A stretch of 64,000 nucleotides of DNA, from positions 960,001-1,024,000 of the forward strand of contig CM000431.1 of NCBI GenBank assembly GCA_000165345.1, written 5' to 3'. Shown in pieces: positions 33,807 through 44,518 of this stretch (positions are counted from its first letter, which is position 1; each line of letters opens with the position of its first letter). The notes beneath the pieces are model-generated. The model was not told where the DNA came from, ran no database searches, and worked only from the letters and a program-made list of their open reading frames with translations. A program made the translations under genes and the position numbers.

Positions 33807-33819
33807 CGTAAACTGTTTT
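33807..33819. promoter_or_regulatory. Palindromic E2F-like site TTTTGGCGCCAATT about 140 bp upstream of CacyBP
   Basis: ctgTTTTGGCGCCAATTcat. Confidence 0.45.
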
Positions 33820-34165
33820 GGCGCCAATTCATATTTGAGTAAAAAATTTTTAAAAAATCATGCAAGGAGTGAATATATAATGTGAGAAAATATTATTTGA
33901 TCAAATATTGATTAAATGGTTTGTGATAAATGCGAAATAAACATAGTAAAACAAACAGAATGTGTAATTTGCTATCACTTAGAGACTTTAGGCAAGAATA
34001 TCGAAAATACTTATATAGTAAACTGCGAACAAAATCGTAAAAATAAGATTTAATAATTAAAGAAAGGATTTAAAGTTTCTGAATAATGAAACTAATTTTA
34101 AAGCCAAAAGTGATAATATAAAGCAAAATTGACTATAATAATTGCAAAATTCTCTAATGAATTAA

Positions 34166-34855
34166 TTAGTTATTGCTAAGTAAATTCAAATAATTTTTGA
34201 AAATTACTTCATTGCATCCCAATGATTTGTTTTTATTTGCATTAGAGTCAACATTTTCAATTGGGTTTTCTGGTAATGGGATTCTAATAATTTCACAAGC
34301 ACTATCCAAAATCCACTTATTCTTTTCAATGATATTTTTAAGCTCAGTAGAATCTTTGGGGAAATCAAGTAACTCGCTTAAAACAGCAGTGCTAATGCAA
34401 CTGTGAGAACAATTAACTGAATAGATAATAATGTCACGAATAGAATCGTAAAATCCTTGTATCTTCTCAACCTTGCTTCTGAGTTGATCATTTGTTTTTA
34501 ATAAGTTCCACATATTTGCATATCTACAACTAGTTAATAAATCATTAAGTTGTATAATTTGCTTTATATTTGGGTCATTTTGAACTGACAATGGAATTTG
34601 ATAAGTGCATGATAGAAAGTCAGATGATAATGGACCTCTTATTATTGAGAGCAATAAAATATCCTGTACAATTTCTAGATTGGTTCTTTTAGGGTAAATT
34701 GAATATTGTAGTAAAACAACTAAATTATTTAAAATACTATATTGACCTTTAATAATCTGGTCTCTCACGCAATTCTCGAATATATCCAAATTTGAGACAT
34801 CATATCTAGATGCTGAGTTAAGTAAACTCGTAATTTTCTGATCAACTTGTGCCAT
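34166..34855 (-). CDS. EIF3K: Eukaryotic translation initiation factor 3 subunit K (eIF3k)
   Basis: MAQVDQKITSLLNSASRYDVSNLDIFENCV...YSILNNLVVLLQYSIYP, LLTSCRYANMWNLL, IQGFYDSIRDIIIYSV and IEKNKWILDS are collinear with human eIF3k (RYNPENL, YDLEANLAVLKLYQFNP, LETCHFQAFW, GFEDSVRKFICHV, KYGW). The true ATG is at 34855; the longer ORF-track start at 34939 is TTG. Confidence 0.7.
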   Translation of the reverse strand: MAQVDQKITSLLNSASRYDVSNLDIFENCVRDQIIKGQYSILNNLVVLLQYSIYPKRTNLEIVQDILLLSIIRGPLSSDFLSCTYQIPLSVQNDPNIKQIIQLNDLLTSCRYANMWNLLKTNDQLRSKVEKIQGFYDSIRDIIIYSVNCSHSCISTAVLSELLDFPKDSTELKNIIEKNKWILDSACEIIRIPLPENPIENVDSNANKNKSLGCNEVIFKNYLNLLSNN

Positions 34856-36026
34856 TTTGAGTAAAAATAGATTTAAGATCAGCTCCTCGTCTTGATCAAT
34901 AACTGACTTTTTATAAATTTGTATTATTCCCAGGTTCAAACAAAAACCGAAATTTTATACCTGAGTATCTTCTCCAACTAGTCCTTTAAAAAATATAAAT
35001 TTGGACAGATTATAAAAATTTGACAAATTTCTATTTTTTAAAAAGTGAATTTTATCCTTGGAAGTAATTATCAATTTCTTTAAATAATTATTTATATTAC
35101 TTTTTAATACTATAACTATCAAACATTTCAGAAATTGTTAGCAAGTTGCAATAAGACCTATTTAATACGCCTAATTTGACTTTAAATAATTAATTGTAAT
35201 TATTAATCTCTTTTTATTAATTAATAATTTATTTGTCAATTTATATTGTGTTTATGTGGGCGCCAATAAATTATTAGAAATTTGAATTAATAGAACATGA
35301 AAATTATTAAAAAGACAAGATTTATCAACAAGTAATAATTAAACACTTGTTCTTATAATAGTTTGTATAAGGAATATTACAGTTTTTTGTTTATTAGTAT
35401 ACATTCTTATTTTTTTAACTTCTAAATTAATTTTGAATGTGCTGATTGCCAATTAGTAACGCACACTTAGTTGCTTTTTATTGCTACCCTATAAAAACAT
35501 TATTTTCTCTTTAACTAAAAATCTGAGAAGGTATTTAATCATGCTTTTTAGTTTAACAGAAATGTATGAACCATTCTGCTCCATAAAAAAATAAGGAAGG
35601 TTTTTTAAAAAAAAAAGAAACAACACCGATTATTAATTAGATATTATGATGGGTAGTATGCAAGTAACACTACTGGACTTCGTATAAAATATTTCAAGAT
35701 ATAGTTTTAGAGAACCTAGTTGAAAAAAGCTAGAAGGTTAATATAATGAATCTGAAATTTTTTCTAAATCATATTCATCTAATAAAATAATTAATATAGT
35801 ATAAGAAAATTGTTGCCTTTTTTCTAAAAGAAATAAAAAAAACTCTATCCATAATTAAATACTTGTATATTAAATAGATATTTTAAACTATAAGCTATAT
35901 TAGCTTGATAACAGTATTCTCCAACTTAATTAGACTAGCGCTAGCTAAGTTATTAATATTAATACAAAATAATATATATTGTGTGCGTGTGTTTTTTTTA
36001 AATAAACTTATCCTAAATGGCTAATA

Positions 36027-36079
36027 TTTCCCGCCTATATGAAATAATTAGAGGCTACATAAAGTTGGCGGGCAGGCGG
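36027..36079. promoter_or_regulatory. E2F-like sites (TTTCCCGCC; TTGGCGGGCAGGCGG) in the eIF3k/TMBIM divergent promoter
   Basis: GC boxes about 250-290 bp upstream of the TMBIM ATG. An additional GGGCGCCAAT lies at 35258-35267. Confidence 0.4.
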
Positions 36080-36169
36080 TAGATATTATGAAAGTTAGTC
36101 AAATATACAAGATTAAATATTACAATTTACCCCAAATTACCAGATAAAAAAAAAATATAAATATATATA

Positions 36170-36205
<36 letters not shown>

Positions 36206-36321
36206 TATATTGTTCATAATTATAAATCATTTACGAAGTACATATTTTCCAAGTAATATATACTACTGAATTACTATTTACAGCTGGAAATTTGCTTACA
36301 GGTTAATTACAAAGATCCGCA

Positions 36322-37071
36322 ATGGCTTCAACTAATATACATAGCCGTCGCAATGAGGACATAGATTTGGAAAGCCAAGAGTTTGAGTCCTTTTCTAAAA
36401 GTGTAAGACATGGCTTCATTCGTCGTGTGTACATGCTTGTAGCTCTACAAGTTTTGTTTGATTTGGCTTTATCATTAATGGTCATAAATGTTCCATCGTT
36501 GAAATTATTCATGCTTAGAAACTTATCAGTTATTAAAATGACTGCTTTTGCATTTGCATTAATTTCATCTTTGTTGTTCTTCTTCTTGTATAACTATTCA
36601 AACTTATTGCAAAATCATTCAAGTAAGATGGCATTTTTCTGTATAATGACAATTTCAGAAGGAGTACTTCTCTCACTATTAGCACTACTTGTTAATACAA
36701 AATATTTGCTAATGGCGCTTGCTTTTACTTCAATCATTGTTATCTCATTAACGATTTTCTCGTTCCAAACAAAGTATGACTTTACATCATATCAAGCATT
36801 CATATTTTATGGAACTATTGCATTTGCAGTATTCTCCACCATTTATATGTTCTTCCCAACTGTCAGAATTATCGAGTTAATTATATCACCGATCGCAATA
36901 TTTTTCTTTTCATTTGCACTTGTGCAAACAACACAAAGCATTATTGGTAATGGAAAGCAAATGATTTACGAGGATGATTATGTTCTGGGAGCCTTATTGA
37001 TTCACTCTTATATTATTGACATTTTCATATATATTTTGAGGTTTATTCTAGCAGTCTTCGAAAGAAACTAA
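36322..37071 (+). CDS. TMBIM / Bax-inhibitor-1 / Lifeguard family multi-pass membrane protein (7 TM)
   Basis: The family motif R.GFIRRVY.LVALQ follows a short polar N-terminus. There are seven predicted hydrophobic helices. Length is 249 aa. Confidence 0.7.
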   Translation: MASTNIHSRRNEDIDLESQEFESFSKSVRHGFIRRVYMLVALQVLFDLALSLMVINVPSLKLFMLRNLSVIKMTAFAFALISSLLFFFLYNYSNLLQNHSSKMAFFCIMTISEGVLLSLLALLVNTKYLLMALAFTSIIVISLTIFSFQTKYDFTSYQAFIFYGTIAFAVFSTIYMFFPTVRIIELIISPIAIFFFSFALVQTTQSIIGNGKQMIYEDDYVLGALLIHSYIIDIFIYILRFILAVFERN

Positions 37072-37250
37072 ATTTCTAAAATTTTTAGATTATTATTGTG
37101 GGAATATATGTAACAAGCTACCTGTAATTTTATTGGGATTGAACTTATTTAACTACTAATTATTTTTTATTTTTATTTTTTTTTTGTTATATTTGTTTGC
37201 TTTCTTCGATACTTTAAACCTGAACTATGAATTCAAAACAAAATCGTTCG

Positions 37251-37287
37251 GGCGCGCCAAAATTTACGTTGTGTGTTCCCGCCAATT
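37251..37287. promoter_or_regulatory. E2F-like sites GGCGCGCCAAAATTT (with 8-bp GGCGCGCC palindrome) and TTCCCGCCAATTT upstream of the Pro-rich gene
   Basis: tcgttcgGGCGCGCCAAAAtttacgttgtgtgTTCCCGCCAATTTgc, about 230 bp upstream of the ATG at 37510. Confidence 0.45.
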
Positions 37288-37509
37288 TGCTTATTTTTGT
37301 TTTTTTTATTGTCCTTATGGGATTATTATAATTACTTCAATATCATCATTAAGAAGTTATTAATAAAAAAACAGTTTTCTAGGAAATTATTGGTGACTTT
37401 CAGAGGACCCAAATCAAGCAAGAAAATTTTGTTTTGTATTTGAGTATTGCTACTTTTAATTTTAAGTAGCTAATTAATATTTTTGTTGTTTATAGAAATA
37501 AAATGATAA

Positions 37510-37584
37510 ATGGCTGATTCTGATATGAATAATGATCTTCCCACTCTCAGTGGTGCAGATACAGAAACAAACTTTGTTGAAACT
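37510..37584 (+). CDS. Proline-rich single-pass membrane protein, exon 1
   Basis: ATG...GTTGAAACT (MADSDMNNDLPTLSGADTETNFVET) is followed by a phase-0 GTAAGT donor. Confidence 0.45.
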
Positions 37585-37741
37585 GTAAGTTTTACCTCTT
37601 TTCATTAAAATGAGTTACATTATGGGGGGAATATTTGTTTCCATTGAGATCTTGTCTTAAAGATCATTAATGTAACTAATGTTTAATGCAAATTAACAAT
37701 TGCCTTTATTATTAAAAATTATTAACTTATTTTTAATGTAG
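37585..37741 (+). other. Intron (157 nt, GTAAGT...TTTTTAATGTAG)
   Basis: Splicing joins exon 1 in frame to the ORF that opens exactly at the acceptor. The hydrophobic TM helix (LWAIITISVLSCMLVCIVIAFLIIYF) is completed only by the spliced model, because the ORF-track Met lies inside the helix. Confidence 0.45.
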
Positions 37742-38449
37742 AACAACGAAATACCGTTATGGGCAATCATTACTATATCCGTCTTATCATGTATGCTAGT
37801 TTGTATTGTAATTGCATTTCTAATTATATACTTCAGAGAAAGGGAAAGAACTAAAACCCGAGAAAGAATTGAAAGACAATTCAGAATGGCAGAGACGAAG
37901 AAGCTGACCAGGTATTTGCAAACTTTAAGAGAAAGGATGATGTTTAGGAACCAAAATGCTCAAATTAACCGTCAGCCAAATTCCAATTTTCAGAATGGAT
38001 TTCCAGTTAATGTTGGACCCCCAAGGGGACAAATGCAGTTTAACCATCCTCCGCCTGTCGGACCACCTCCGCCTGTTGGCCCACCTCCACCTGTTGGTCC
38101 ACCTCCACCTGTTGGTCCACCTCCACCTGTTGGACCACCTCCACCTCAAATGTTTAATCAAATGGGTCATCCTGTCAACTATCCACCTCAAATCCAACAG
38201 CCAGTTTTTACCAATGCTCCTCCATTTGCCCCCCCAGTAATCCCACCACAAAACTTCGCACCTAATTGCTCTGCTCAGCCAATTAATATACCACCGCCAA
38301 ATTGTCCTCCAAACAACTCAAATATTACCCAAGGAACAATTTCTTTAACTGTTCATGACCCATCATTAATACCAGAAGGACCGCCTCCGACTCCACCTCC
38401 TGGATATGTGACTGTTCCGATTGTCTTGCAAAACGAAAACCACCAATAG
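37742..38449 (+). CDS. Proline-rich single-pass membrane protein, exon 2 (TM helix, basic juxtamembrane, (PPPVGP)5 and further Pro-rich tail)
   Basis: Open frame from 37742 through the ORF-track ORF 37793-38449. FH1/WH2-like polyproline tract PPPVGPPPPVGPPPPVGPPPPVGPPPPVGPPPPQ. Confidence 0.5.
   Translation, partial: NNEIPLWAIITISVLSCMLVCIVIAFLIIYFRERERTKTRERIERQFRMAETKKLTRYLQTLRERMMFRNQNAQINRQPNSNFQNGFPVNVGPPRGQMQFNHPPPVGPPPPVGPPPPVGPPPPVGPPPPVGPPPPQMFNQMGHPVNYPPQIQQPVFTNAPPFAPPVIPPQNFAPNCSAQPINIPPPNCPPNNSNITQGTISLTVHDPSLIPEGPPPTPPPGYVTVPIVLQNENHQ
38048..38146 (+). repeat. 18-bp coding minisatellite (CCTCCACCTGTTGGTCCA)x5 encoding PPPVGP repeats
   Basis: Five consecutive 18-bp units differ only at synonymous positions. 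Confidence 0.8.
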
Positions 38450-38967
38450 AGAGAAACTGTTATTTAAAGTTAAGAAAGGTTTTTTAATTCAAATTTTAAT
38501 TTAAGTTATAAAATAAATCCAGTAAAAAAAAATATTTTAATTTATCCTAAATTTTATACTTTTTTTCATTTATCTTTCTTTTTACTAATTTCTTAATTAA
38601 TTTTGTCACTATTATTTTTTTGCATGTGGACAAATTACTAATCATAATTACCATACCGGTTTTGTAATATATTACTAATACCGTGCATAATTCATGCGGC
38701 AAAATTATGATATTAAAAATAATAATAAAAAATTTGCATGTCATAGATTAAAGAGCAAGTGGATGAATTTATTTGGAATTAATGGTGGAATTTTAAGGAG
38801 AATTGGTTTGAGATTTGGTGTGAGATATTGTTTTTTGTATAATTAAAGAAAGTGTTCAAATACTAGAATTTTGTAAAAAATATAAAACAAAATAAAAATA
38901 AATTCTGTAAAAATTAGTGGAAATACATTGGAAAAAGTGAAATAAGAAAAAATCTTTATTATTTACT

Positions 38968-39975
38968 ATGGTAAAAAGGAGTGCAAAAGAAGTAACCAGT
39001 AATTACAATGAATCATATGAGAATGGAATATATTATAAACAATTAAATAAACAAGATACTAGAAATTCGGACTTCGTAAATGAATTTGAAATAAAGAATG
39101 TAACTACACTTCAAGAGGAAAAGAATAATTATAATAAAAAGTTGATTGAGAATGGGCTGAACAACATTTGCAGAGTAATTGTACTGGATTGGCTTATAGG
39201 GGTACATAGAAAGTTTCAATTCAGGCCTGCAACTATCCATATTGGGATAACTTTATTTGATAGATTTATCAGACTAAACAATAAACACGGATTGATAAAC
39301 TGTGACAATCTTCAATTAGTTGGAGCAACCTGTCTTCACATTGCATCCAAGTACGAAGATATGAACCCAGCGGTTCTATTAGATTACTGTATAATGAGTA
39401 ATTCAGAATTCAATCCTAAAGACATGATAAATATGGAAGTTGAAATACTAAATACTTTGCATTTCAAAATAGCAGATAATACTACACTTATTGACTATTT
39501 GGATTCATTTTTTGAATATGGAATTTTGAAAGGAGTAAATAAAAAAAAGCTACCAAAATATTTCTATTCAAGTGCTTTGTATATATCAGAATTATCTTTA
39601 CTTCACCAAGCAATGATATTTTACCGTCCAAAAGTACTTTCAACATCAATTTTACTACTTCTATGTCTGCTATTTGAAAAAGATGAGTCAGAAAGAAACA
39701 ATTTGTCCATATTAAAAGATTTAAAGTATTCATTAAAAAGATTTTCAAAAATTAATAATATCACAAAGGAAATTCGAATATGTATTAAAAGCTTATTAGG
39801 TATAATTAAAGAACAATTCTTTCTAGAGGTAAAAATTAAAGAAGGATTTGAAAATTCTATTATTGGGGTTAATCCAGAAGAAGAAATACCATTTATATAC
39901 TTGAAAGATTTAACAAGTAAGTGGAGAAATGCATATACAAACTTATATAAGAAAATTTCAAGTTTAAGAACTTGA
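38968..39975 (+). CDS. Cyclin (cyclin N-terminal box plus C-terminal fold)
   Basis: R.IVLDWLIGVH.KFQF...T.HIGITLFDRFI....K....LQLVGATCLHIASKYEDM.P is the cyclin-box signature. Length is 335 aa. Confidence 0.75.
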   Translation: MVKRSAKEVTSNYNESYENGIYYKQLNKQDTRNSDFVNEFEIKNVTTLQEEKNNYNKKLIENGLNNICRVIVLDWLIGVHRKFQFRPATIHIGITLFDRFIRLNNKHGLINCDNLQLVGATCLHIASKYEDMNPAVLLDYCIMSNSEFNPKDMINMEVEILNTLHFKIADNTTLIDYLDSFFEYGILKGVNKKKLPKYFYSSALYISELSLLHQAMIFYRPKVLSTSILLLLCLLFEKDESERNNLSILKDLKYSLKRFSKINNITKEIRICIKSLLGIIKEQFFLEVKIKEGFENSIIGVNPEEEIPFIYLKDLTSKWRNAYTNLYKKISSLRT

Positions 39976-40095
39976 ATATTGCTAAAAGTTAATGTAAAGA
40001 AATGTGTTAAATTGCTTTGATTATTATCCTCATTTATCTTAATTACTATATTCGCATAAACTGGTAACTATAAAAAGTGGCAAACATCTAAAATG

Positions 40096-40105
40096 TTGGC
40101 GGAAA
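40096..40105. promoter_or_regulatory. E2F-like site TTGGCGGAAA about 130 bp upstream of the HIRA-like gene
   Basis: aaatgTTGGCGGAAActatg. Confidence 0.4.
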
Positions 40106-40230
40106 CTATGTAATTTTAATTTATTCAAATTAATAAAAATAATTAAATTTAATTAATAAAAATAATAATAATGAAGTATCAAATCCACATTAACAAGAAT
40201 CTCTAAAGTTTTGATTTTGAGTGTATATAG

Positions 40231-43200
40231 ATGAAAGTAGAAAAAATTAAAGAAATTAAAGCACCAGGAGATGGAATACTTTCAGTATCTTTCCAACCCC
40301 ATCCAATCACTGAAAGATGGGATAAAGAAAGAGTTGCTATTTGTGGAGAAAAGGGGGTTCATATTTGGTCATTTGAATATAATGGTAACCACAAAAAACT
40401 AGCATTTATTGAAAGTTCAACATGCGCTTTAATTAAGATGTGCAGATGGAGTCAAGATGGTAAGTATCTTGCAATTGTGGATATGGAACAAATCGCAATA
40501 TATTATAAAGAAGCTGGAACCTGTTCAGGAACTCCGAAAAATTTGAATTCTGTTGGATTTGGAGTTGAGGAAAAAGATACAGATTCAAATGAAGTATTTG
40601 AGAATTGGACAGTATATACGACATTTTCAAGTAGTGATGTGAATGAATGTGCAGATATCTGTTGGCTTAAAGGGTCAAAGGTATTAGTAAATGGAACCAT
40701 TTCTGGACATTTAATTGTTTATAATATGGAAGAAAGATGCCAGTCATGCAATTTATTTATTAGAGATATTGTTGAAACAAGTACACGTAATAAAAATATT
40801 CCAAATAGTCATACAGAAATTGGGCATGTAAGTGGGCTTTGTTCAGATACCCGAGGATTCTTTTTGGCATCCCAAATGAGTAGCCGTCGATTACTCGTTT
40901 TTAATGTAGAATATAATAAAGAATATGGGAAAGATACTTTATCAAAACGTAATTGTATTTCGTTATCATTTTTACTAGAAGAAGAACGATTAATAATTAA
41001 TTCCCCTTGTATATTAACATTCATTAGAAGACCTGTTTTTGATCCATTAACATGTTTGGTTGGTTGTCCATATGGAGAAGTTGGAACATCATATTTTTCT
41101 TGTCTCTATCCGTTTAGAGATATTTCAGATATCAAGCCATTCGGTTGGGAAGAGCTTTGTAAACTTGTAAATTATCAAGCAGAGAAGCAAATGGACGATA
41201 TTAAATCTGATATTTGGAATTTACATAATGAAGGAAAAACAAGTATTAAAGGTAAGCTCGAGCTTCCAGATGCATATAGATTACGGGGTCACCAAAGAAG
41301 AGTAAGATTATTTCAATTTTCTCAAACTGTTATTAAAGAAAAGGATGAGATATTTTCCTTATGTGCTCAAAGTTCTCAGGATGGCTCTTTAAGCTTTTGG
41401 AAGGTTATATATGACTTAAATTCTAAGTCTAAAATTAAGTCCATTGAATGTTTTTTGGTTTTAACTAATTTTATGGATGAGCAGGCCAGTGTTACAGATA
41501 TTTCATTCAATAATTTAAATAATACAGTTTTGATTGGATCAGATGACAACAAATTAACTCTAGTATCTTTTGAATTAGAAGAATTTTCACTTGCAAAAAA
41601 TTCTTCAAAAAACTCTCATGAGTTTTACTATTCAAGTTGGAACTATTGGAACTTTGAATTTACACCTGAAAAGCCTATTTTACAAAAAATGGATATAGAA
41701 TCATCGACAGAAGAACCCAGCTTATTCTCAAAACATGTTTCTTTACCTGTAATCACAGCAAATGAAATAAGAGAGCATCAAGAACGAACACAAGAAGCAG
41801 TTATAAGTAGTAAAGGTACAAAGATTAGGAGAATACAACCTTTGAACCTTACAGAAATGTATAGTAATAAATCTGACAGTAAGAATGAAACTAGCATGAA
41901 TGGAGTAAACTCTAGCATTAGTTCTAATATGCAAGAAGAAAAAAATCTGAATAAAACTTCTAATCAAAGTCTTGAATATACAACTAAGAAATCTTCAAAA
42001 AGAAGTCAGGAAACTAAGGAAAATAATTCAAATGAAATTAAAGAAACTTTAAAAGATCAAACTAGAAGTGATGAAAACAAATCTATAAGGAAATTATCTC
42101 AAAATGAAGAATTTGAAAGGAATTGTGAACAAGAAAATGCTAAAAATTCTATTAAAGGAGGAAATCAAGTTCAAATTAATCAAAATATTTCTGATTATCA
42201 AAATAATCAATTCATTAAAGAATGGATGGATAGTATTATTATTCCACCTAGATTAGCAATTGAAGCAAATATTTTAATTCATCAAAAAAAGTATAAAATG
42301 GTCATTTTTGCTGATAACAGACAAATTATTGAAAATATTAATAGAAATAGGTCTTCTTCAACTGAAATCATTTGTATGAGACAGGAAACTTTACAAGAAA
42401 ATCAAATCTCAAATATTTCAAAGGAAATGTTATGGTATAAACCTATAAGTATTAATCATGTAGTAACTCATATGATTCGTATTAAAGATGTTTTATTGAT
42501 CATATATTCCGATATTTTAGAGAAGAAAAATTCCATTCCAAGCTCTAATTTGGATTTTTTAAATTTTAATACTGGATCTATTTTAATTGGAGGAATCTCT
42601 TTACCTTTTGTATTAAAAGTTGTATTGAGTGAATCCCTTGATATGATTCTACTGGTTACAATTAATGGTAATATCAAAATTTTCCAAATCCATGGCTCAT
42701 TAAATGATTATGAATCATTTATACCTAAAGCATCAACTAATCATTTATCTTCTGGTTTTAGTATTAATTGGGTCTTAGATGCAGACTGGTCATTTTTAAA
42801 TAATCATAAACTTGTTAGAGTTGATTTATATTCAAACCATAAGTCTTATCCATGCAAGGATAATGCTGATTTCCCCATTATAATTCTTTATTTTGATGAT
42901 GGAAAGGTTTTTTCTTATTCGTTCAATATCTCAAGCTTTGTTAGAATTGATGATTTAGACCATTGTAGATCAGATTTTTGGTCTTTGGTTTTTCCAAAAA
43001 CCTATATGCAAATTTTAAAGAAGAGCAATCATCACTTCACTAAAGCTAAATTACTTGAACAAGTTTCTGAGGCTATATCTGCTGAACATCAGGAATCTGA
43101 GATAGAACTTAGTAGTGTTTGTTTGGATCCAAGGGGATGGCTTGATACTGATTCTAACCTTCAGACTCAAAAATGTTTTTTTTTAAGAGAAATCCAACAG

Positions 43201-44184
43201 AATTCTCGTCAAATACTGCTTAATCATCAGTATTCGAGAAAATCGGATAATCTTATTCAACAGAAAATGCAATGTATATTTGAAAGCATTCTAAGTACTT
43301 CTTTGTTTGATGATTACAATGACGAAGAAGAGGAAAAAAAGGATAATGATATTGTCGATGAAAAAAAGAAACTGGAACCAGAGTTAGACTTAGAACAAGC
43401 AAGTTTAAATGAAGATAAGATGAATGATTCCAATGATTTACAGAAACTCCAATTTCAAAGTGAAACTAAATCCGATCAAAATCACTCTTCTAATAAAAAA
43501 ACAGCCAAGATTAAAACAATTAAACAAGATTTAAATGGAAATATTCATCACACAAAAATGCATATTGAACACCAAATAGTATCTAGTATTATACTTAAAT
43601 CCAAGTCAGAATTTAGGTATTGGTTCAAAATTTATATCAAATTCTCTCTTGATTCTTTGGATTTGGAATGTATTAAAGAAATCACAAATAAAGTCTTATC
43701 TCTAGTAAGAGAAAGCATTCTAACTAATAAGAATCATATTCAAACACAGAAACAAGAACAAAGTCAAGGTTACAGTTATTATGCGCATACTCATACTCAA
43801 AACCAGTCAAATAGACAAGTTATTGCTCCTGTATGGTATAGTCTATCAATGTTGGAATCCATTGATGTTGATCCAGTACAAATTCTTATTGATGATATTG
43901 TTCCTGGAATAAATGATTTCATAAACCTTATGCAAAACCCACAAGGCATTCTGAAAATCAGCTTCGCAAAAGGGGGAGGTAAAGTTCAACCAAACATTGA
44001 AGAATTTCTAAACCAACTAAAAAAAATTAAGGAAAGAATAGAAAGTCAAGTAAAATCTATACAGGAAGAGTTTGAGACATATAAGAACGCTATGCTAAAT
44101 AATTCTCAATGTTTACATTCCTCTCAGAATTCAGACACAAACCATTCATTACGTCTTGACTTTCTCGATTCCATATTTTCTTAA
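40231..44184 (+). CDS. HIRA: HIRA-like histone chaperone (N-terminal WD40 beta-propeller, long low-complexity middle, conserved C-terminal region)
   Basis: The N-terminus (MKVEKIKEIKAPGDGILSVSF.P.....VAICGEKGVHIW......KMCRWSQDGKYLAIVD) parallels the HIRA start (MKLLKP....GKPIFSVDIHPDG.KFATGG..GKVVIW...CVRWSNSGMYLASGGDD). The C-terminus (EFRYWFKIYIKFSL....LECIKEITNKVL) parallels HIRA (EYRHWLLVYARYLVNEGFEYRLREICKDLL). Confidence 0.5.
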   Translation: MKVEKIKEIKAPGDGILSVSFQPHPITERWDKERVAICGEKGVHIWSFEYNGNHKKLAFIESSTCALIKMCRWSQDGKYLAIVDMEQIAIYYKEAGTCSGTPKNLNSVGFGVEEKDTDSNEVFENWTVYTTFSSSDVNECADICWLKGSKVLVNGTISGHLIVYNMEERCQSCNLFIRDIVETSTRNKNIPNSHTEIGHVSGLCSDTRGFFLASQMSSRRLLVFNVEYNKEYGKDTLSKRNCISLSFLLEEERLIINSPCILTFIRRPVFDPLTCLVGCPYGEVGTSYFSCLYPFRDISDIKPFGWEELCKLVNYQAEKQMDDIKSDIWNLHNEGKTSIKGKLELPDAYRLRGHQRRVRLFQFSQTVIKEKDEIFSLCAQSSQDGSLSFWKVIYDLNSKSKIKSIECFLVLTNFMDEQASVTDISFNNLNNTVLIGSDDNKLTLVSFELEEFSLAKNSSKNSHEFYYSSWNYWNFEFTPEKPILQKMDIESSTEEPSLFSKHVSLPVITANEIREHQERTQEAVISSKGTKIRRIQPLNLTEMYSNKSDSKNETSMNGVNSSISSNMQEEKNLNKTSNQSLEYTTKKSSKRSQETKENNSNEIKETLKDQTRSDENKSIRKLSQNEEFERNCEQENAKNSIKGGNQVQINQNISDYQNNQFIKEWMDSIIIPPRLAIEANILIHQKKYKMVIFADNRQIIENINRNRSSSTEIICMRQETLQENQISNISKEMLWYKPISINHVVTHMIRIKDVLLIIYSDILEKKNSIPSSNLDFLNFNTGSILIGGISLPFVLKVVLSESLDMILLVTINGNIKIFQIHGSLNDYESFIPKASTNHLSSGFSINWVLDADWSFLNNHKLVRVDLYSNHKSYPCKDNADFPIIILYFDDGKVFSYSFNISSFVRIDDLDHCRSDFWSLVFPKTYMQILKKSNHHFTKAKLLEQVSEAISAEHQESEIELSSVCLDPRGWLDTDSNLQTQKCFFLREIQQNSRQILLNHQYSRKSDNLIQQKMQCIFESILSTSLFDDYNDEEEEKKDNDIVDEKKKLEPELDLEQASLNEDKMNDSNDLQKLQFQSETKSDQNHSSNKKTAKIKTIKQDLNGNIHHTKMHIEHQIVSSIILKSKSEFRYWFKIYIKFSLDSLDLECIKEITNKVLSLVRESILTNKNHIQTQKQEQSQGYSYYAHTHTQNQSNRQVIAPVWYSLSMLESIDVDPVQILIDDIVPGINDFINLMQNPQGILKISFAKGGGKVQPNIEEFLNQLKKIKERIESQVKSIQEEFETYKNAMLNNSQCLHSSQNSDTNHSLRLDFLDSIFS

Positions 44185-44305
44185 ATTTGAATTAAATTAT
44201 CACAGTGTCTATAAAATGAATAAATTAGTAAATAAAAATACGTTTATATACCCCATATAATTAATTTTTATAATCAATTTTACTTAAACTATTTTAATTT
44301 AGACA

Positions 44306-44317
44306 GCGGGAAATTCC
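44306..44317. promoter_or_regulatory. E2F-like site GCGGGAAATTCC about 200 bp upstream of the MFS transporter gene
   Basis: agacaGCGGGAAATTCCaat. Confidence 0.4.
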
Positions 44318-44518
44318 AATTTTTCTATTTAATATAAAAAAAAGGTAGAAAAAGTACCAGATTCTTAATAGTATCTCGGCAGGTGATAATATTCGTTTTT
44401 CGAATATTTATTATCTTTTTATAAAGAACTTTAATATCTTAATTTCATTTGATTATTAAAATAATAATCAGAAATATACTCAAAGATATAATATATTGGT
44501 TCTATATATACAGCAGAA

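Noticed and set aside
40461-40466. GTAAGT inside the HIRA-like ORF (also GGTAAG at 41251 and 57391)
   Set aside because: The reading frame continues through these with conserved protein sequence (e.g. RWSQDGKYLAI WD-repeat), so they are coding Gly-Lys codons, not splice donors.
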